Of a stretch of DNA of 64,000 nucleotides, positions 20,481 to 30,787 are shown one piece after another. Under the pieces are notes generated by a model. The model did no database searches. It was not told the origin of the DNA and worked only from the letters and a program-made list of their open reading frames with translations. Source of the stretch: a bacterium (GTDB taxonomy: Bacteria > UBA8248); contig CBDBZY010000013.1 in the NCBI GenBank assembly GCA_965213685.1, forward strand, positions 1 to 64,000. Direction: 5' to 3'. Positions within the stretch are counted from its first letter, which is position 1. Each line of letters starts with the position of its first letter. Position numbers and translations under genes: made by a program.

Positions 20481-21385
20481 GGAAAAAGGCGTTGGGCAGG
20501 GGGCTGGACGCGCTTTTGTCCGCCGGTGCGGGAGAAGACCTCCCGGGGGCGGAGGCGGCGCCTCGGCGGGCCGAGGAGGAGGGGATTTTGGTGCGCGTCT
20601 CTCCGGATCGCCTCGTCCCCGGCGTTCACCAGCCGCGGGTGGATTTTGACGAGGAGGGCTTGGCCGAGTTGGCGGAGTCCATCAGGCGCCACGGCGTGAT
20701 CCAGCCCATCTTGGCGCGCCGATCCGCCGCCGGCGATTACGAGATCGTCGCGGGAGAGAGGCGCTGGCGGGCCGCGCGCATGGCGTCCGTCGAGGAGGTT
20801 CCCGCCATCCTGGTGGACGCCGGCGGGGACGATGCGCTGGAATTGGCGATCGTCGAAAACGTCCAGCGCGCGGACTTGAACCCCATGGAGGAGGCGGCCG
20901 CATACGCCAGCATGATGGAGCGCCTGCGCCTGACGCAAGAGGAGGTGGCGGCGCGCGTGGGCAAGGACCGCTCGACCGTCGCGAATTACGTCCGGCTTCT
21001 GAGGCTGCCGCCCCCCGTTCAGGAAAGCGTAGCCGCCGGGCTGTTGTCCATGGGACACGCCAGGGCGCTCTTGTCGTTGCGCACGGAGGAGATGGCGGCT
21101 CACGCCGAGGCCGCCATCAGGGAGAAACTCTCCGTACGCCAGCTGGAAAAACGGGTTCGAAAGACTCTGGCGGGCGGGGACCAGGCCGGGCCGGCGCGCA
21201 CAAAAACCGTCTCGCGGGACGACCCGTCGGGTGCGCAGGCCCTGTATCTTCGGGAGGCGCGGGAGCGGCTGCGGAGTGCGCTGGGCACGAAAGTGGCGAT
21301 TCTGGGCGATGAGAACGAGGGGAAGATCGAGATCGAGTATTATTCGACCGAAACGCTGGAGGGGCTGATGCAGCGGCTTTGCTGA
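20468..21385 (+). CDS. parB: Chromosome partitioning protein ParB/Spo0J
   Basis: ALGRGLDALL, QPR, GERRWRA, ENVQRADLNP, HTH. Confidence 0.96.
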   Translation: MATIRKKALGRGLDALLSAGAGEDLPGAEAAPRRAEEEGILVRVSPDRLVPGVHQPRVDFDEEGLAELAESIRRHGVIQPILARRSAAGDYEIVAGERRWRAARMASVEEVPAILVDAGGDDALELAIVENVQRADLNPMEEAAAYASMMERLRLTQEEVAARVGKDRSTVANYVRLLRLPPPVQESVAAGLLSMGHARALLSLRTEEMAAHAEAAIREKLSVRQLEKRVRKTLAGGDQAGPARTKTVSRDDPSGAQALYLREARERLRSALGTKVAILGDENEGKIEIEYYSTETLEGLMQRLC

Positions 21386-21492
21386 GCCCGAGCCATATGA
21401 CGGGCAAGGCGAGGGAGGAGGCCGAAAGCACCCGGAAGGCGACGAAATCGGGTTGCGACGGACGCGCGCGCATGGAGAAGAGGTGCGTATCG

Positions 21493-21762
21493 ATGGAGGA
21501 TGGGCGATCGGCTCTGGGCAGGATTGTCGGGTTTTTTTTCTGGCTGGGGATTGCGTATTATTTTTATCATCGGGATTTCGCCGGAGCTCTCTGGTTCATC
21601 GTGGCCAGCGGCCTGTTGTTTGGCGCCTGGCTTTTGTTCTTCCGCCTTTGGGCCGCGCGCCCCAGACCCTCCCATGCGCAGGATGAGGGCGCTGATCCGC
21701 CGCCCCGCTCGGATTTGCCGGACTATGATTTTGAGAACGTCAAGCCCAAAGACTTTGAATGA
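21493..21762 (+). CDS. Small two-TM hypothetical protein
   Basis: Two hydrophobic/aromatic segments and an acidic tail. Confidence 0.55.
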   Translation: MEDGRSALGRIVGFFFWLGIAYYFYHRDFAGALWFIVASGLLFGAWLLFFRLWAARPRPSHAQDEGADPPPRSDLPDYDFENVKPKDFE

Positions 21763-21837
21763 CGGACGCTTCATGGCCGTTTTTTCGCGCGGGGCTCTCG
21801 GTCGGAGGCGCCCGCCGGCGCGCGCCCGGGGCTAGGC

Positions 21838-22248
21838 ATGTCCGAGTTCGTCATATACGCGCACAGCGGCGAATACGCCCGCCTCTACCAGGTGGCCACC
21901 CTGGCGGCGAGTGCTGCCGCGAACGGAGACGAGGTGCACGTCATTTTGTTTTTTGACGCGCTGCGGCGGTTTGTGGATGACGACCTCGACGGCCCGCTGG
22001 CGCCGCCCTCCTCCGGAGAAGACGGGCGCGCCGCCAGGGGGGGCGCCCGCCACGCCGGGGCGCGCTCCGTCGGCGAGCTGGTGGATTCCGCCAGGCGGCT
22101 GGGCAAGCTCACGCTGTATGCCTGCGCCGCCCAGCCGAGGCTGATGAACCTCTCGCCGGAGGATGTGGCGGATGTGGTGGATCAGACCATCAGCCTGCCG
22201 GATTTTATGAGAAAAACGCAGCGGGCGGAGACGAAGCTTTTCATTTAG
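21838..22248 (+). CDS. DsrE/DsrF-like protein
   Basis: LAASAAANGDEVHVILFFDAL, LYAC, C-terminal LFI. Confidence 0.75.
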   Translation: MSEFVIYAHSGEYARLYQVATLAASAAANGDEVHVILFFDALRRFVDDDLDGPLAPPSSGEDGRAARGGARHAGARSVGELVDSARRLGKLTLYACAAQPRLMNLSPEDVADVVDQTISLPDFMRKTQRAETKLFI

Positions 22249-22384
22249 GCGGGGCATCCGCGCTTCCCCGCGCTGGTTTTTCCGTTTGCGGAGAATGTGC
22301 TAGAGGTGCTGGCTTCGCGATAGTTTTGACGCTGCGGAAGAGAGGAAAATTTCCATCCGTTCGGGGACGTTGGTGGGAAAGCGC

Positions 22385-23245
22385 ATGAAATTTCTGGCGG
22401 CGGTGGCTCAAATCGGCCCGAGACTCGGGAATGTGGACGCGAATCGGGCGCTGCTCATCGACGAGGTGAGGAAGGCGGAGAAGGAGGGTGCGGACCTCCT
22501 CGTTTTCCCGGAGCTTTCCCTGACGGGCTATTTTCTGAAGGACATGGTGCCCGAGGTGGCCGTCCGGCGCGGGGCCGAACGGATGCGGGAAATCGCCGCC
22601 CTGAGCGAGAAGGTTTCTCTGGTGGTTGGTTTTGTGGAGGAATCATCCAGGCACGGATTCTTCAATTCCGCTGCCTATTTTGAAAGCGGCCGGATGCTGC
22701 ACGTTCACCGCAAGGTGTACTTGCCGACGTATGGGTTGTTCGACGAGAACCGCTACGTGGGCAGAGGGGACAGGGTTCGCGCCTTTGACACGCGGTTCGG
22801 GCGGGCGGCCATCCTCATTTGCGAGGACGCCTGGCACCCGAGCCTGGCCGGAATCGCGTCGCTCGACGGCGCGGATTTGCTGATCATTCCCTCGGCGAGC
22901 CCCGCGCGCGGCGTCAGCAAGGCGAACGGCGAGGGGGGCCTCGCCATCCAGCGCGTCTGGCGGTCGCTGGGGAGAACCTACGCCGCCGCCTATAATCAGC
23001 ACGTCATTTTCAGCAACCGGGTCGGGTATGAGGATGGAATCCATTTTTGGGGCGGCTCGGAAATCCTCGCACCCAGCGGGGAGCCCCTCGCCCAGGCGAG
23101 GCGCGCGGAGGAGCAGCTGCTCCTCTGTCCGGTGGACACGGCAAACGTGCGGCGCGCGCGCATCTCCTCCCCCACGATACGGGATGAGGACGTCCACCTC
23201 ACCCTCCGCGAGCTCCGCCGCCTCCAGAGGTCGCGGGAGGCCTGA
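22385..23245 (+). CDS. Nitrilase-family C-N hydrolase, probable glutaminase subunit for NadE
   Basis: FPELSLTGY, HRKVYLPTYGLFDE, ICEDAW (E-K-C triad); close to nadE. Confidence 0.85.
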   Translation: MKFLAAVAQIGPRLGNVDANRALLIDEVRKAEKEGADLLVFPELSLTGYFLKDMVPEVAVRRGAERMREIAALSEKVSLVVGFVEESSRHGFFNSAAYFESGRMLHVHRKVYLPTYGLFDENRYVGRGDRVRAFDTRFGRAAILICEDAWHPSLAGIASLDGADLLIIPSASPARGVSKANGEGGLAIQRVWRSLGRTYAAAYNQHVIFSNRVGYEDGIHFWGGSEILAPSGEPLAQARRAEEQLLLCPVDTANVRRARISSPTIRDEDVHLTLRELRRLQRSREA

Positions 23246-23309
23246 GTTTTTTCGGAGAAGGCGCAAGCCTTCGGGAGGGGGGTGCGCGCATTCCCCCGGC
23301 AGCCCCCGT

Positions 23310-24089
23310 TTATTCGTCCCGCCATTGCGTTCGGGAGGGTAGCGCGCCGCCCCGGAAGTTGAACAGGATGGCGGGGGTGCGGCTCTCGTTCTGCACCGTG
23401 TGCCAGGCACCCCCCGGCGTGTGGACCAAATCGCCTGCGGACGCCCGGATCGTTTCGCCTTCTATGACGAAGCGCATGCTCCCGCTCAGCAGGAGCGTCG
23501 CCTCATCCATCGTTTCCTGGTGACGATGAACGTGCGGCCTGGCACCCGGAGGAAACGAGACCACCTGGCACTCGAGGTATTCCGTGGCGATCGCCCGCCT
23601 CAGCCCCCTCTCTTTCACGGATTCGGGGTCAAATTCGCTCCGCAGCCCATCCACGTCCCCCCGGATGTAGGCCACGGGCGGGGCGAGGGGGTTTTCTACG
23701 GATTCCGGATCCGGGTTGGGCGGCGGATCGCCTTCCGGCATGAGAAAGCCGGAGGGCATTCTGCCCCCTCGGAAATTGAATTCCACGAGTTCGTCATCGC
23801 CCGTGTTTTTCATGTGGTGCATCGCACCGCGCGGGTTGAGGAGAACGTCTCCCCTCCCGACGCGAAACGTCGCGCCGTTGTTATGGATCAGCCCGTTTCC
23901 GTTGTAGATGAGATAGCCCTCGTCCATCTCTTCATGGTGCGCGTGATAGGGGGGATACGCACCGGGGGGCAGCACGATGACCCGCACTTCGAGATGGGGC
24001 GTGTTGATGCAGAGGGGAGAGCCTTTTTCGCGCGCCTCCTCCTCGTCGTACGTCCATTTGAGATCGTCAATGTTTCCCACGTAGGGCAT
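23310..24089 (-). CDS. Bicupin protein
   Basis: Two H-x-H..E..H cupin motifs (YHAHHEEMDE; VHRHQETMDE). Confidence 0.85.
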   Translation of the reverse strand: MPYVGNIDDLKWTYDEEEAREKGSPLCINTPHLEVRVIVLPPGAYPPYHAHHEEMDEGYLIYNGNGLIHNNGATFRVGRGDVLLNPRGAMHHMKNTGDDELVEFNFRGGRMPSGFLMPEGDPPPNPDPESVENPLAPPVAYIRGDVDGLRSEFDPESVKERGLRRAIATEYLECQVVSFPPGARPHVHRHQETMDEATLLLSGSMRFVIEGETIRASAGDLVHTPGGAWHTVQNESRTPAILFNFRGGALPSRTQWRDE

Positions 24090-24249
24090 GGGAGAGCCTC
24101 ACAGGAGCGGGCGCGACGGGAAGCGGAGAGAAGGAGACTACCCTCCGCTTCTCGCCGGGTCAACAGCCGGCGGCCGTTGCGGAGGCTGTCCCGGAGGGGC
24201 ATGATGATGGAGGGCGTCTGAAAAACCCGTTTCCACAAGGAGGCTCGGC

Positions 24250-25101
24250 TTGCTGGACGAAGGCCTTATCCGTGACGCGATGGCCGAGCTGGCGCTGGAC
24301 GCCGGCCTCGCCGCCGGCCTGCTTTCCGGTTTCATTCGGGACGAGGTCTCCAAGGTGGGCGTGAAAAAACTCGTCCTCGGGCTGTCGGGCGGAATAGACA
24401 GCGCGCTCTCCGCGTTTTTGGCGGCCAGTGCCATGGGCCCCGAAAATGTGACCGGGCTGATCATGCCCTATCGTCTCTCCAGCCCCCGGAGCGAAGAAGA
24501 CGCGCGCTCCGTGGCGGCGGCCAGCGGCATCCGGCTCGAGGTCGTGGACATTTCGCCTCAGGTGGACGCCTATTTCGAACGATTCCCGGAGGCCGACGAT
24601 CTCCGCCGAGGCAACAAGATGGCCCGGGAGAGAATGACCATTTTGTATGATCACTCCGCCATGCTCGGCGCCCTGGTGGTGGGCACGAGCAACAAGACGG
24701 AGCTTTTGCTCGGGTATGGAACCCTGTTCGGGGATATGGCCAGCGCCGTGAACCCCATCGGCGATTTGTTCAAGACGCAGGTGCGCCAGCTCTCCCGTCA
24801 CGTGGGCGTGCCGGAGCAGGTGGTGGAGAAGGCCCCGAGCGCCGACCTGTGGGCGGGACAGACCGACGAGCAGGAGCTCGGGTATAGCTATGCGGTGGCC
24901 GACGCCGTTTTGTACCGGATGATAGACTGCCGCTACACGCGCGCGGAGTTGCTCGACGAGGGATTCCCCCGGGCGATCGTCGATGGAATACAGGGACTGG
25001 TGCAGCGCAGCCAGTACAAAAGGCGCCTGCCGCTCATCGCAAAGCTCAGCCAGCGCACGATCGACAGGGATTTCCGATATGCGAGGGATTGGGGGCTGTA
25101 G
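24250..25101 (+). CDS. nadE: NAD+ synthetase
   Basis: [37 protein letters not shown]. Confidence 0.95.
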   Translation: MLDEGLIRDAMAELALDAGLAAGLLSGFIRDEVSKVGVKKLVLGLSGGIDSALSAFLAASAMGPENVTGLIMPYRLSSPRSEEDARSVAAASGIRLEVVDISPQVDAYFERFPEADDLRRGNKMARERMTILYDHSAMLGALVVGTSNKTELLLGYGTLFGDMASAVNPIGDLFKTQVRQLSRHVGVPEQVVEKAPSADLWAGQTDEQELGYSYAVADAVLYRMIDCRYTRAELLDEGFPRAIVDGIQGLVQRSQYKRRLPLIAKLSQRTIDRDFRYARDWGL

Positions 25102-25229
25102 TCCCGCCCGCGCTTGATGCGGACTCCAGACTGTGGCACCATAAGGATGCATTTTTTGGAGAATCCCGGATTTTCCCGCCCGCCGGGCTCGTGTTTTTAT
25201 TGATTTTTCCGAACGGAAGAGAGGGTAAG

Positions 25230-25688
25230 ATGGCGCCGTTGAAAAAGGGAGTGAAAGCGCCCACTTTCGCCCTGCGCGACGAGAACGGCAAGGTGCACCG
25301 GCTTTCCAGGTACAAGGGCCGCAAGGTGGTCCTGTATTTCTACCCGAAGGACAATACGCCCGGGTGTACGGTGGAGGCGCAGGATTTCAACAAGGATTTG
25401 GGCAAGATACAGGAGAAAAACGCCATCGTGATCGGCGTGAGCCCCGACAACGAGGTCAGCCACAAGAAATTCTCGGAGAAGCTGGAGCTGGACTTTACCT
25501 TGCTGGCGGACCCGGATGGCGTGATCTCCTCGAAATACGGGGCGTATGGCGAAAAGACGTTGTTTGGCAGAAAGTTCCACGGAATTTTTCGCACCACCTA
25601 CATCATTGACGAAGCGGGCGTCGTCGAAAAGGTTTTCCGGAACGTCAAGGTGGACGGACACGCGAAAGACGTGCTGAAAGCACTCTAG
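25230..25688 (+). CDS. bcp: Thiol peroxidase BCP/PrxQ
   Basis: LYFYPKDNTPGCTVEA, GVSPD, RTTYIID. Confidence 0.93.
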   Translation: MAPLKKGVKAPTFALRDENGKVHRLSRYKGRKVVLYFYPKDNTPGCTVEAQDFNKDLGKIQEKNAIVIGVSPDNEVSHKKFSEKLELDFTLLADPDGVISSKYGAYGEKTLFGRKFHGIFRTTYIIDEAGVVEKVFRNVKVDGHAKDVLKAL

Positions 25689-25700
25689 GCGTTTTGGCGC

Positions 25701-25748
25701 GCGCCCCGTCGCCCGGCTTCTTTTTCCGGGGAAGCGGGGCGATTTTCT
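25701..25748 (+). terminator. Hairpin followed by T-tract after bcp
   Basis: CGCCCCG..CCCGG/CCGGG..CGGGGCG then ATTTTC. Confidence 0.45.
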
Positions 25749-25921
25749 TATGACGCGCCCTGTGTTTCCGGAAATTCCCTGGCGCAGAAGCAGAGGAGGG
25801 GGAGGGGCATTCGCGCAGCCCCCATCCCCCCTGTCCGGGCGATCGGGGCGCAGGCCCCGTGCGCCGTTGGCCGCATCGTTCCGCCGAAATGCGGACGAAA
25901 ATCACGGGAGGTAGCGTCAGG

Positions 25922-26392
25922 ATGGCGATTCGACCGAAAGAGTTGCCGGAGATCACGGAGAGTTGGGCGGAAGCCGATTTCCAGGACCATGCGAAGAGCG
26001 TCGTCACCATCAAGGGCGGCCATACCGCGGTGGTGGACGAGCCCCGGCGTCTCGGAGGGTCGGATGCGGGCCCCTCCCCCATGGGGTATCTCGTCACCTC
26101 GCTTGCGGGCTGCACGGCGGTGATTCTGGAGAGATGCGCGAAGGACGCGAAACTGGAGATAGGCTCCCTGAAGGTGAAATCCACCATCTTTTACAGTCCG
26201 AGAGGCATTGCGGGCCAGGAGGGGTATCGCTCGAACCCGAGCGAGGCGCATAGCGAGATATGGCTGGAGGCCGAGGCGAGCGGCGCCCAGATAGAGGCGC
26301 TGAAGGCGGACTATTTCCGCAGATGTCCCGTGTATAATCTGTTCCGCGCCAGCGGTTGCGCCATGAAGGACGTTTGGCATGTCAACGAATGA
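25922..26392 (+). CDS. OsmC/Ohr family protein
   Basis: VDEP..LGG.DAGPSP, SLAGC, RRCPV. Confidence 0.88.
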   Translation: MAIRPKELPEITESWAEADFQDHAKSVVTIKGGHTAVVDEPRRLGGSDAGPSPMGYLVTSLAGCTAVILERCAKDAKLEIGSLKVKSTIFYSPRGIAGQEGYRSNPSEAHSEIWLEAEASGAQIEALKADYFRRCPVYNLFRASGCAMKDVWHVNE

Positions 26393-26467
26393 GCGCGATG
26401 CGCGTTCGGGGCGCCGCCGTCGTTCCGGCTCTTGCGGCGGGGCGCAGGCGCCGTCGCGCGCGCTCCT

Positions 26468-26860
26468 CTACTCTGGGCGCAGCACGCTTCTCGCCTTCTC
26501 GCCCTCGGGTCGCACGGCGAGCGCGTCCAGGCTGGGCCGCGCCGGACTTCTCGTGAGGAGGAGCTCCACGGGCTCGTCCAGTGCCATGATTTCATGGACG
26601 TCCCCCGGCGGGAATTGAAGCAGGTCTCCGGGCGCCGCCTCCAGAATCGTTCCTTCCACGGCGGCGCGGAGCCTGCCCGCCAGCAGATACAGAAACTGCT
26701 CGTCGTGATGGTAGTGGGGGCTGGAGTGGGCGTTCGCCTCCATCCGGAAATAGCCGATCGTGGCATGGACGCCATCGACCCAGGCGGCGTTTGCGGACAC
26801 GTAGTCCGCTGCTTTCCCCTGCTCCTGATTCGCGAGATCCCTGTAAATGGGCATGAACAA
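26468..26860 (-). CDS. Cupin domain protein
   Basis: PHYHHDEQF, PGDLLQFPPGDVH. Confidence 0.8.
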   Translation of the reverse strand: MFMPIYRDLANQEQGKAADYVSANAAWVDGVHATIGYFRMEANAHSSPHYHHDEQFLYLLAGRLRAAVEGTILEAAPGDLLQFPPGDVHEIMALDEPVELLLTRSPARPSLDALAVRPEGEKARSVLRPE

Positions 26861-27076
26861 GCTCCCTTCCCTGTAGACGGCGTGAGAACGCGATGCGGCG
26901 GCCGCATCCTATCACGACCGCATCCGGCAGGGGGCACTGGCGGGGGAGGACTCGCAATATCCCGGGCGCCCGTGTATATTGGACGGGCATTATAGGGGGC
27001 GGGCGCATCCTGTCGGCGAGGCGCCTTGCCGGGTCCATCGTGTCCAGCCCATTCTCGTTTCGGGAGGAATGCAGAC

Positions 27077-27517
27077 GTGAAGATCGCTCCACTTGTTCTT
27101 GTTTTGCTCCTTGGCGCTGCGGTTTCCGCCTCGGGGTACGATCCCGCGAAACAGCCGTCGCCCGAGAATCCGGGCTCCGCATACGAGATGGGGCGCGTCC
27201 GCGTGCATCGTGGAGACATGCAGGGGGCGTTTTTGCTTTTCCGCCAGGCGGTCGCGGAGAATCCCCGGGATTTCAGGGCGCATACCCTGATGGGCTATGC
27301 CCTGCGCCACCTCGGTCGCGTGGAGGAGGCCATTTTGGCGTACGACAAGGCGCTGGCTGTCAACCCGGCCTACGCCGAGGCCGTCGAATATCGCGGCATC
27401 GCCCATTTGCTTCGCGGAAACCGGGCCGCCGCCATGCGCGATTATCGACGGCTGGTTCTTCTGCGCTCGCCGCTGGCGGAAGACCTGAAAAAAGCGATCG
27501 ACGAGAGCGGGAAGTAA
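27077..27517 (+). CDS. Exported TPR protein
   Basis: Signal peptide; TPR helices (AHTLMGYAL, YDKALAVNPAYAEA). Confidence 0.85.
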   Translation: MKIAPLVLVLLLGAAVSASGYDPAKQPSPENPGSAYEMGRVRVHRGDMQGAFLLFRQAVAENPRDFRAHTLMGYALRHLGRVEEAILAYDKALAVNPAYAEAVEYRGIAHLLRGNRAAAMRDYRRLVLLRSPLAEDLKKAIDESGK

Positions 27518-27594
27518 GGCGAGGGTTCGTTTTTGGGGGCCATTTCGGGGAGCGGGCACCATCCGCTCCTCCAGGGTGCGGCCGGAGGGCTTTC

Positions 27595-28626
27595 GTGACC
27601 GATCCTCCCGTGGATGCGTTTGAATACTTCTTTGACAAGCCATGGTCGGATGGTCTGCCGGTCATCCCCCCGACGGAGGAGCGTCTGGTGCGCATGCTGG
27701 CGGGGACGCGCCGCAGTCCGGACGAGGTCTTGGGCGAGGTCCCCCCGCTGCTGGGGCGGGCGGACGTGCGCACCATCGCGCTTCACGCCGTCATGGCGGG
27801 ATGCGCGCCATCCTGCATGCCTGTCCTCATCGCGGCGACCGAGGCCATCCTGGAGGAAAGATTCAACATGGCGGGCGTGCAGGCGACGCTCTCCTGTGCG
27901 GCCCCCCTCCTGATAGCGAATGGCCCGTATGCCAGGAAAATCGGGCTGCGCGGCGGCCTCGGCTGTTTCGGGCCGGGCAATCGCGCGAACGCGACGATCG
28001 GCCGCGCCGTCCGGTTGCTGCTCCTCAACGCGGGCGGCGGGATACCGGGGGTCACGTCGATGAGCACGTTTTCCCAGCCCGCGAGGTTCACCTACTGCAT
28101 CGCCGAGAACGAGGAGGAAAGCCCCTGGGAGTCTCTTGCGGTGACGAGGGGCTTTGATGCGGATGAGGACGTCCTCCACGCCGTGAACGTGGAGGGCCCC
28201 GTCATGGTGTGGGATGACGTGAGCGACGACCCCGAGCGCATGTTTCCCTCCATCGCGGACGCCATGTCCCACCTGGGCGCGTGGAATTGCTGGGCCAACA
28301 CCGATTTGGTGGTGGCGATGAGCCCGCAGCAGGCGGCGATTTGCGCGAAACGGGGATATTCCAAGGCGGACGTTCACGGGAGGCTCTGCGAAATGGCGGG
28401 CCGCACGGTGGGCGAACTGAAAACGGGCGGCCATTTCCGGGAAAATCGCATACGGGATTTCCCGATCCCCGTCGATCTGGACGATGACCAAGCGTTTGTC
28501 CCGACGATCAAGGAGGCCGGGAGGTTGTGCCTGATCGTGGCGGGCGGGATACCGGGGCCGATGACGGCCGTGATGCACGGCTGGAACGGAACCAGCCGTT
28601 CCGTATCCCGCGCGTTTGCGGCCTGA
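27595..28626 (+). CDS. 'WSDGLPV' family hypothetical protein, paralog 1
   Basis: WSDGLPVIPPT, AVMAGC, GPGNRANATIGRA, AENEEESPW; GGAGG RBS before GTG. Confidence 0.85.
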   Translation: MTDPPVDAFEYFFDKPWSDGLPVIPPTEERLVRMLAGTRRSPDEVLGEVPPLLGRADVRTIALHAVMAGCAPSCMPVLIAATEAILEERFNMAGVQATLSCAAPLLIANGPYARKIGLRGGLGCFGPGNRANATIGRAVRLLLLNAGGGIPGVTSMSTFSQPARFTYCIAENEEESPWESLAVTRGFDADEDVLHAVNVEGPVMVWDDVSDDPERMFPSIADAMSHLGAWNCWANTDLVVAMSPQQAAICAKRGYSKADVHGRLCEMAGRTVGELKTGGHFRENRIRDFPIPVDLDDDQAFVPTIKEAGRLCLIVAGGIPGPMTAVMHGWNGTSRSVSRAFAA

Positions 28627-28656
28627 CGCCGCCCGGTTGTTTTTGAGGGAGGGAGC

Positions 28657-29691
28657 GTGGGCTTGGGTGATTTTCCTGACGAATTTGAATTTTTCCTGGA
28701 AAAGCCGTGGTCGGACGGCCTGCCCGTCGTCACCCCCTCGGAGGAGCGCATAGAGCGCATGCTCTCGGGGACGCGGAGAAATCCCGCCGAGGTGATAGGC
28801 CATATCCCCCCCGCCATGGGCGAGGCCACGGTCTACAGCGTGGCGGCACACGCGGTGATGGCCGGCTGCAGGCCGGAGTATTTGCCGGTCGTTCTGGGTG
28901 CGGCCGCCCTCATGCTTCGCGAGGAGTTCAACATGAACGGGGTGCAGGGCACGATGCACGGCGTGGCGCCCCTCATGATAGTCAACGGCCCGCATGCGGA
29001 GAAAATCGGCGTTCACGGGGGCAACGGCTGCTTCGGCCCCGGCTTTCGCGCCAACGCCTCCATCGGCCGCGCGATTCGCCTGATGCTGATGAACCTGGGC
29101 GGCGGCGTCCCGGGCGTTTCCTCGATGACCATCTTCGGCACCCCGCTGCGATATACCGCCTGCGTCGCGGAGAACCTGGAGTTTCACCCCTGGGAGACGC
29201 TCGCCGCGTCCCGGGGGTATGGGGCGGATGAGAACGTGATCACCATGGCGATGGTGGAAAGTCCGCGCCTGACCTTCGATGACGTCAGCGAGGAGCCCGG
29301 GCGCCTGCTCCGGGGAATCGCGGACGCGATGACGGGCCTGGGCTCCTGGAACATGCACGCGCCGCGGACCGACATGGTCGTCGCCCTGAACCCCCAACAC
29401 GCGCGGATTTGTTTGGAGGGCGGCCTCTCGCGCGCGGACGCGCACCGGCGGCTGTGCGCGCTGGCGGGCCGCAGGGTGGGGGATTTGAAGCGCGGCGGCA
29501 ACTGGCGGCGCGCGCGGGCACTGGACATGGGCGTCGGCGTGGACCCCGATGACGACGACTGCTTCGTCCCCGCCATCAAGGACCCCCGCGACCTTCACCT
29601 CATCGTCGCGGGCGGCTGGGGCTCCGGCAGCGCGGTATGCCATGGATGGAGCGGCGGCAGCCGCGCCGTTCACGGAGCGTATGAGGTTTGA
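28657..29691 (+). CDS. 'WSDGLPV' family hypothetical protein, paralog 2
   Basis: Same motifs as paralog 1. Confidence 0.85.
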   Translation: MGLGDFPDEFEFFLEKPWSDGLPVVTPSEERIERMLSGTRRNPAEVIGHIPPAMGEATVYSVAAHAVMAGCRPEYLPVVLGAAALMLREEFNMNGVQGTMHGVAPLMIVNGPHAEKIGVHGGNGCFGPGFRANASIGRAIRLMLMNLGGGVPGVSSMTIFGTPLRYTACVAENLEFHPWETLAASRGYGADENVITMAMVESPRLTFDDVSEEPGRLLRGIADAMTGLGSWNMHAPRTDMVVALNPQHARICLEGGLSRADAHRRLCALAGRRVGDLKRGGNWRRARALDMGVGVDPDDDDCFVPAIKDPRDLHLIVAGGWGSGSAVCHGWSGGSRAVHGAYEV

Positions 29692-29734
29692 CGCCCCGGG
29701 CGGGCGCTGAAAAACAGGGCGTGGCCATATCCCG

Positions 29735-30751
29735 ATGGATGAATTCGAGTTTTTCTTTCAAAAGCCCTGGTCGGACGGCCTGCCGGTGGTTCCCCCCACC
29801 CCGGAGCGCATGGCGGCCATGCTGTCGGGGGCAGGGCGCGGGGAGTCGGAGGTGGTGGGCCGGGTGCCGCCCCTCATGGGGGAGGCGACCGTCGGCGCGA
29901 TTGCCGCCCACGCCGTGATGGCGGGGTGTGCCCCCTCGTTCTTGCCGGTCGTCATCTCCGGCCTCCAGGCGCTCCTCGCGCCGGCGCTCAACCTCAACGG
30001 CGTGCAGGGGACGATGCACGGCGCCGCCCCCCTGCTCGTCGTGAACGGGCCGTATGCGAAAAAAATCGGCCTGCACGGCGGCACGGGGTGCCTGGGCCCC
30101 GGTTTTCGGGCGAACGCGACCATAGGCCGCGCCATCCGTCTCATTCTCCTGAACCTGGGCGGCGGCGCGCCCGCCTCCACCTCCATGAGCACGTTCGGCT
30201 CCCCCGCCAGATATACGTTTTGTCTCGCCGAGAACGAGGCGGAGAGCCCCTGGGCGCCGCTGTCCGTCACGAGGGGATTTCGGCGCGACGACGACGTGGT
30301 GACGGCCGTCATGACCGAAGCCCCCCAGGGCTATATCGACGACCATTCCAAGGAGCCGGACTCTTTGTTCGTCGGACTGGCGGACAAAATCTCCACGCTG
30401 GGCGCGCTGAACATCTGGCTGAAGACCCAGGTGGTCGTCGCCCTGGGTCCGGACCACGCGCGCATGTGCGCGGAGGCGGGCCTGGACAAGGAGGACGTTC
30501 GCCAGAGGCTCATCGGGCTTGCGCGCAGGCCGCTCGGCGAGCTGAGGAGGTCGGGCTATTGGCGCGAGGAGATGGCGGCGAGGTGGCCGTTTGACGCGGA
30601 CCTGGCGGACGACTCGTTTCTGGTGCCGGCGATCAAGGATGCGGACGATCTGATACTCATCGTGGCCGGCGGCACGCCGGGGCCGGTGACGGCCGTCATG
30701 CCCGGCTGGGTGGACGGCAGCGAGGCGGTCTCCCGCCGTTATCAGGCGTGA
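29735..30751 (+). CDS. 'WSDGLPV' family hypothetical protein, paralog 3
   Basis: Same motifs as paralog 1. Confidence 0.85.
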   Translation: MDEFEFFFQKPWSDGLPVVPPTPERMAAMLSGAGRGESEVVGRVPPLMGEATVGAIAAHAVMAGCAPSFLPVVISGLQALLAPALNLNGVQGTMHGAAPLLVVNGPYAKKIGLHGGTGCLGPGFRANATIGRAIRLILLNLGGGAPASTSMSTFGSPARYTFCLAENEAESPWAPLSVTRGFRRDDDVVTAVMTEAPQGYIDDHSKEPDSLFVGLADKISTLGALNIWLKTQVVVALGPDHARMCAEAGLDKEDVRQRLIGLARRPLGELRRSGYWREEMAARWPFDADLADDSFLVPAIKDADDLILIVAGGTPGPVTAVMPGWVDGSEAVSRRYQA

Positions 30752-30787
30752 GCGTCTCCGCCGCGGCTGTTTGGGGAGGATGAGGGG

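Noticed and set aside
25230-26392. BCP and OsmC as further selenoproteins
   Set aside because: Their catalytic positions are normal Cys codons and the ORFs are uninterrupted
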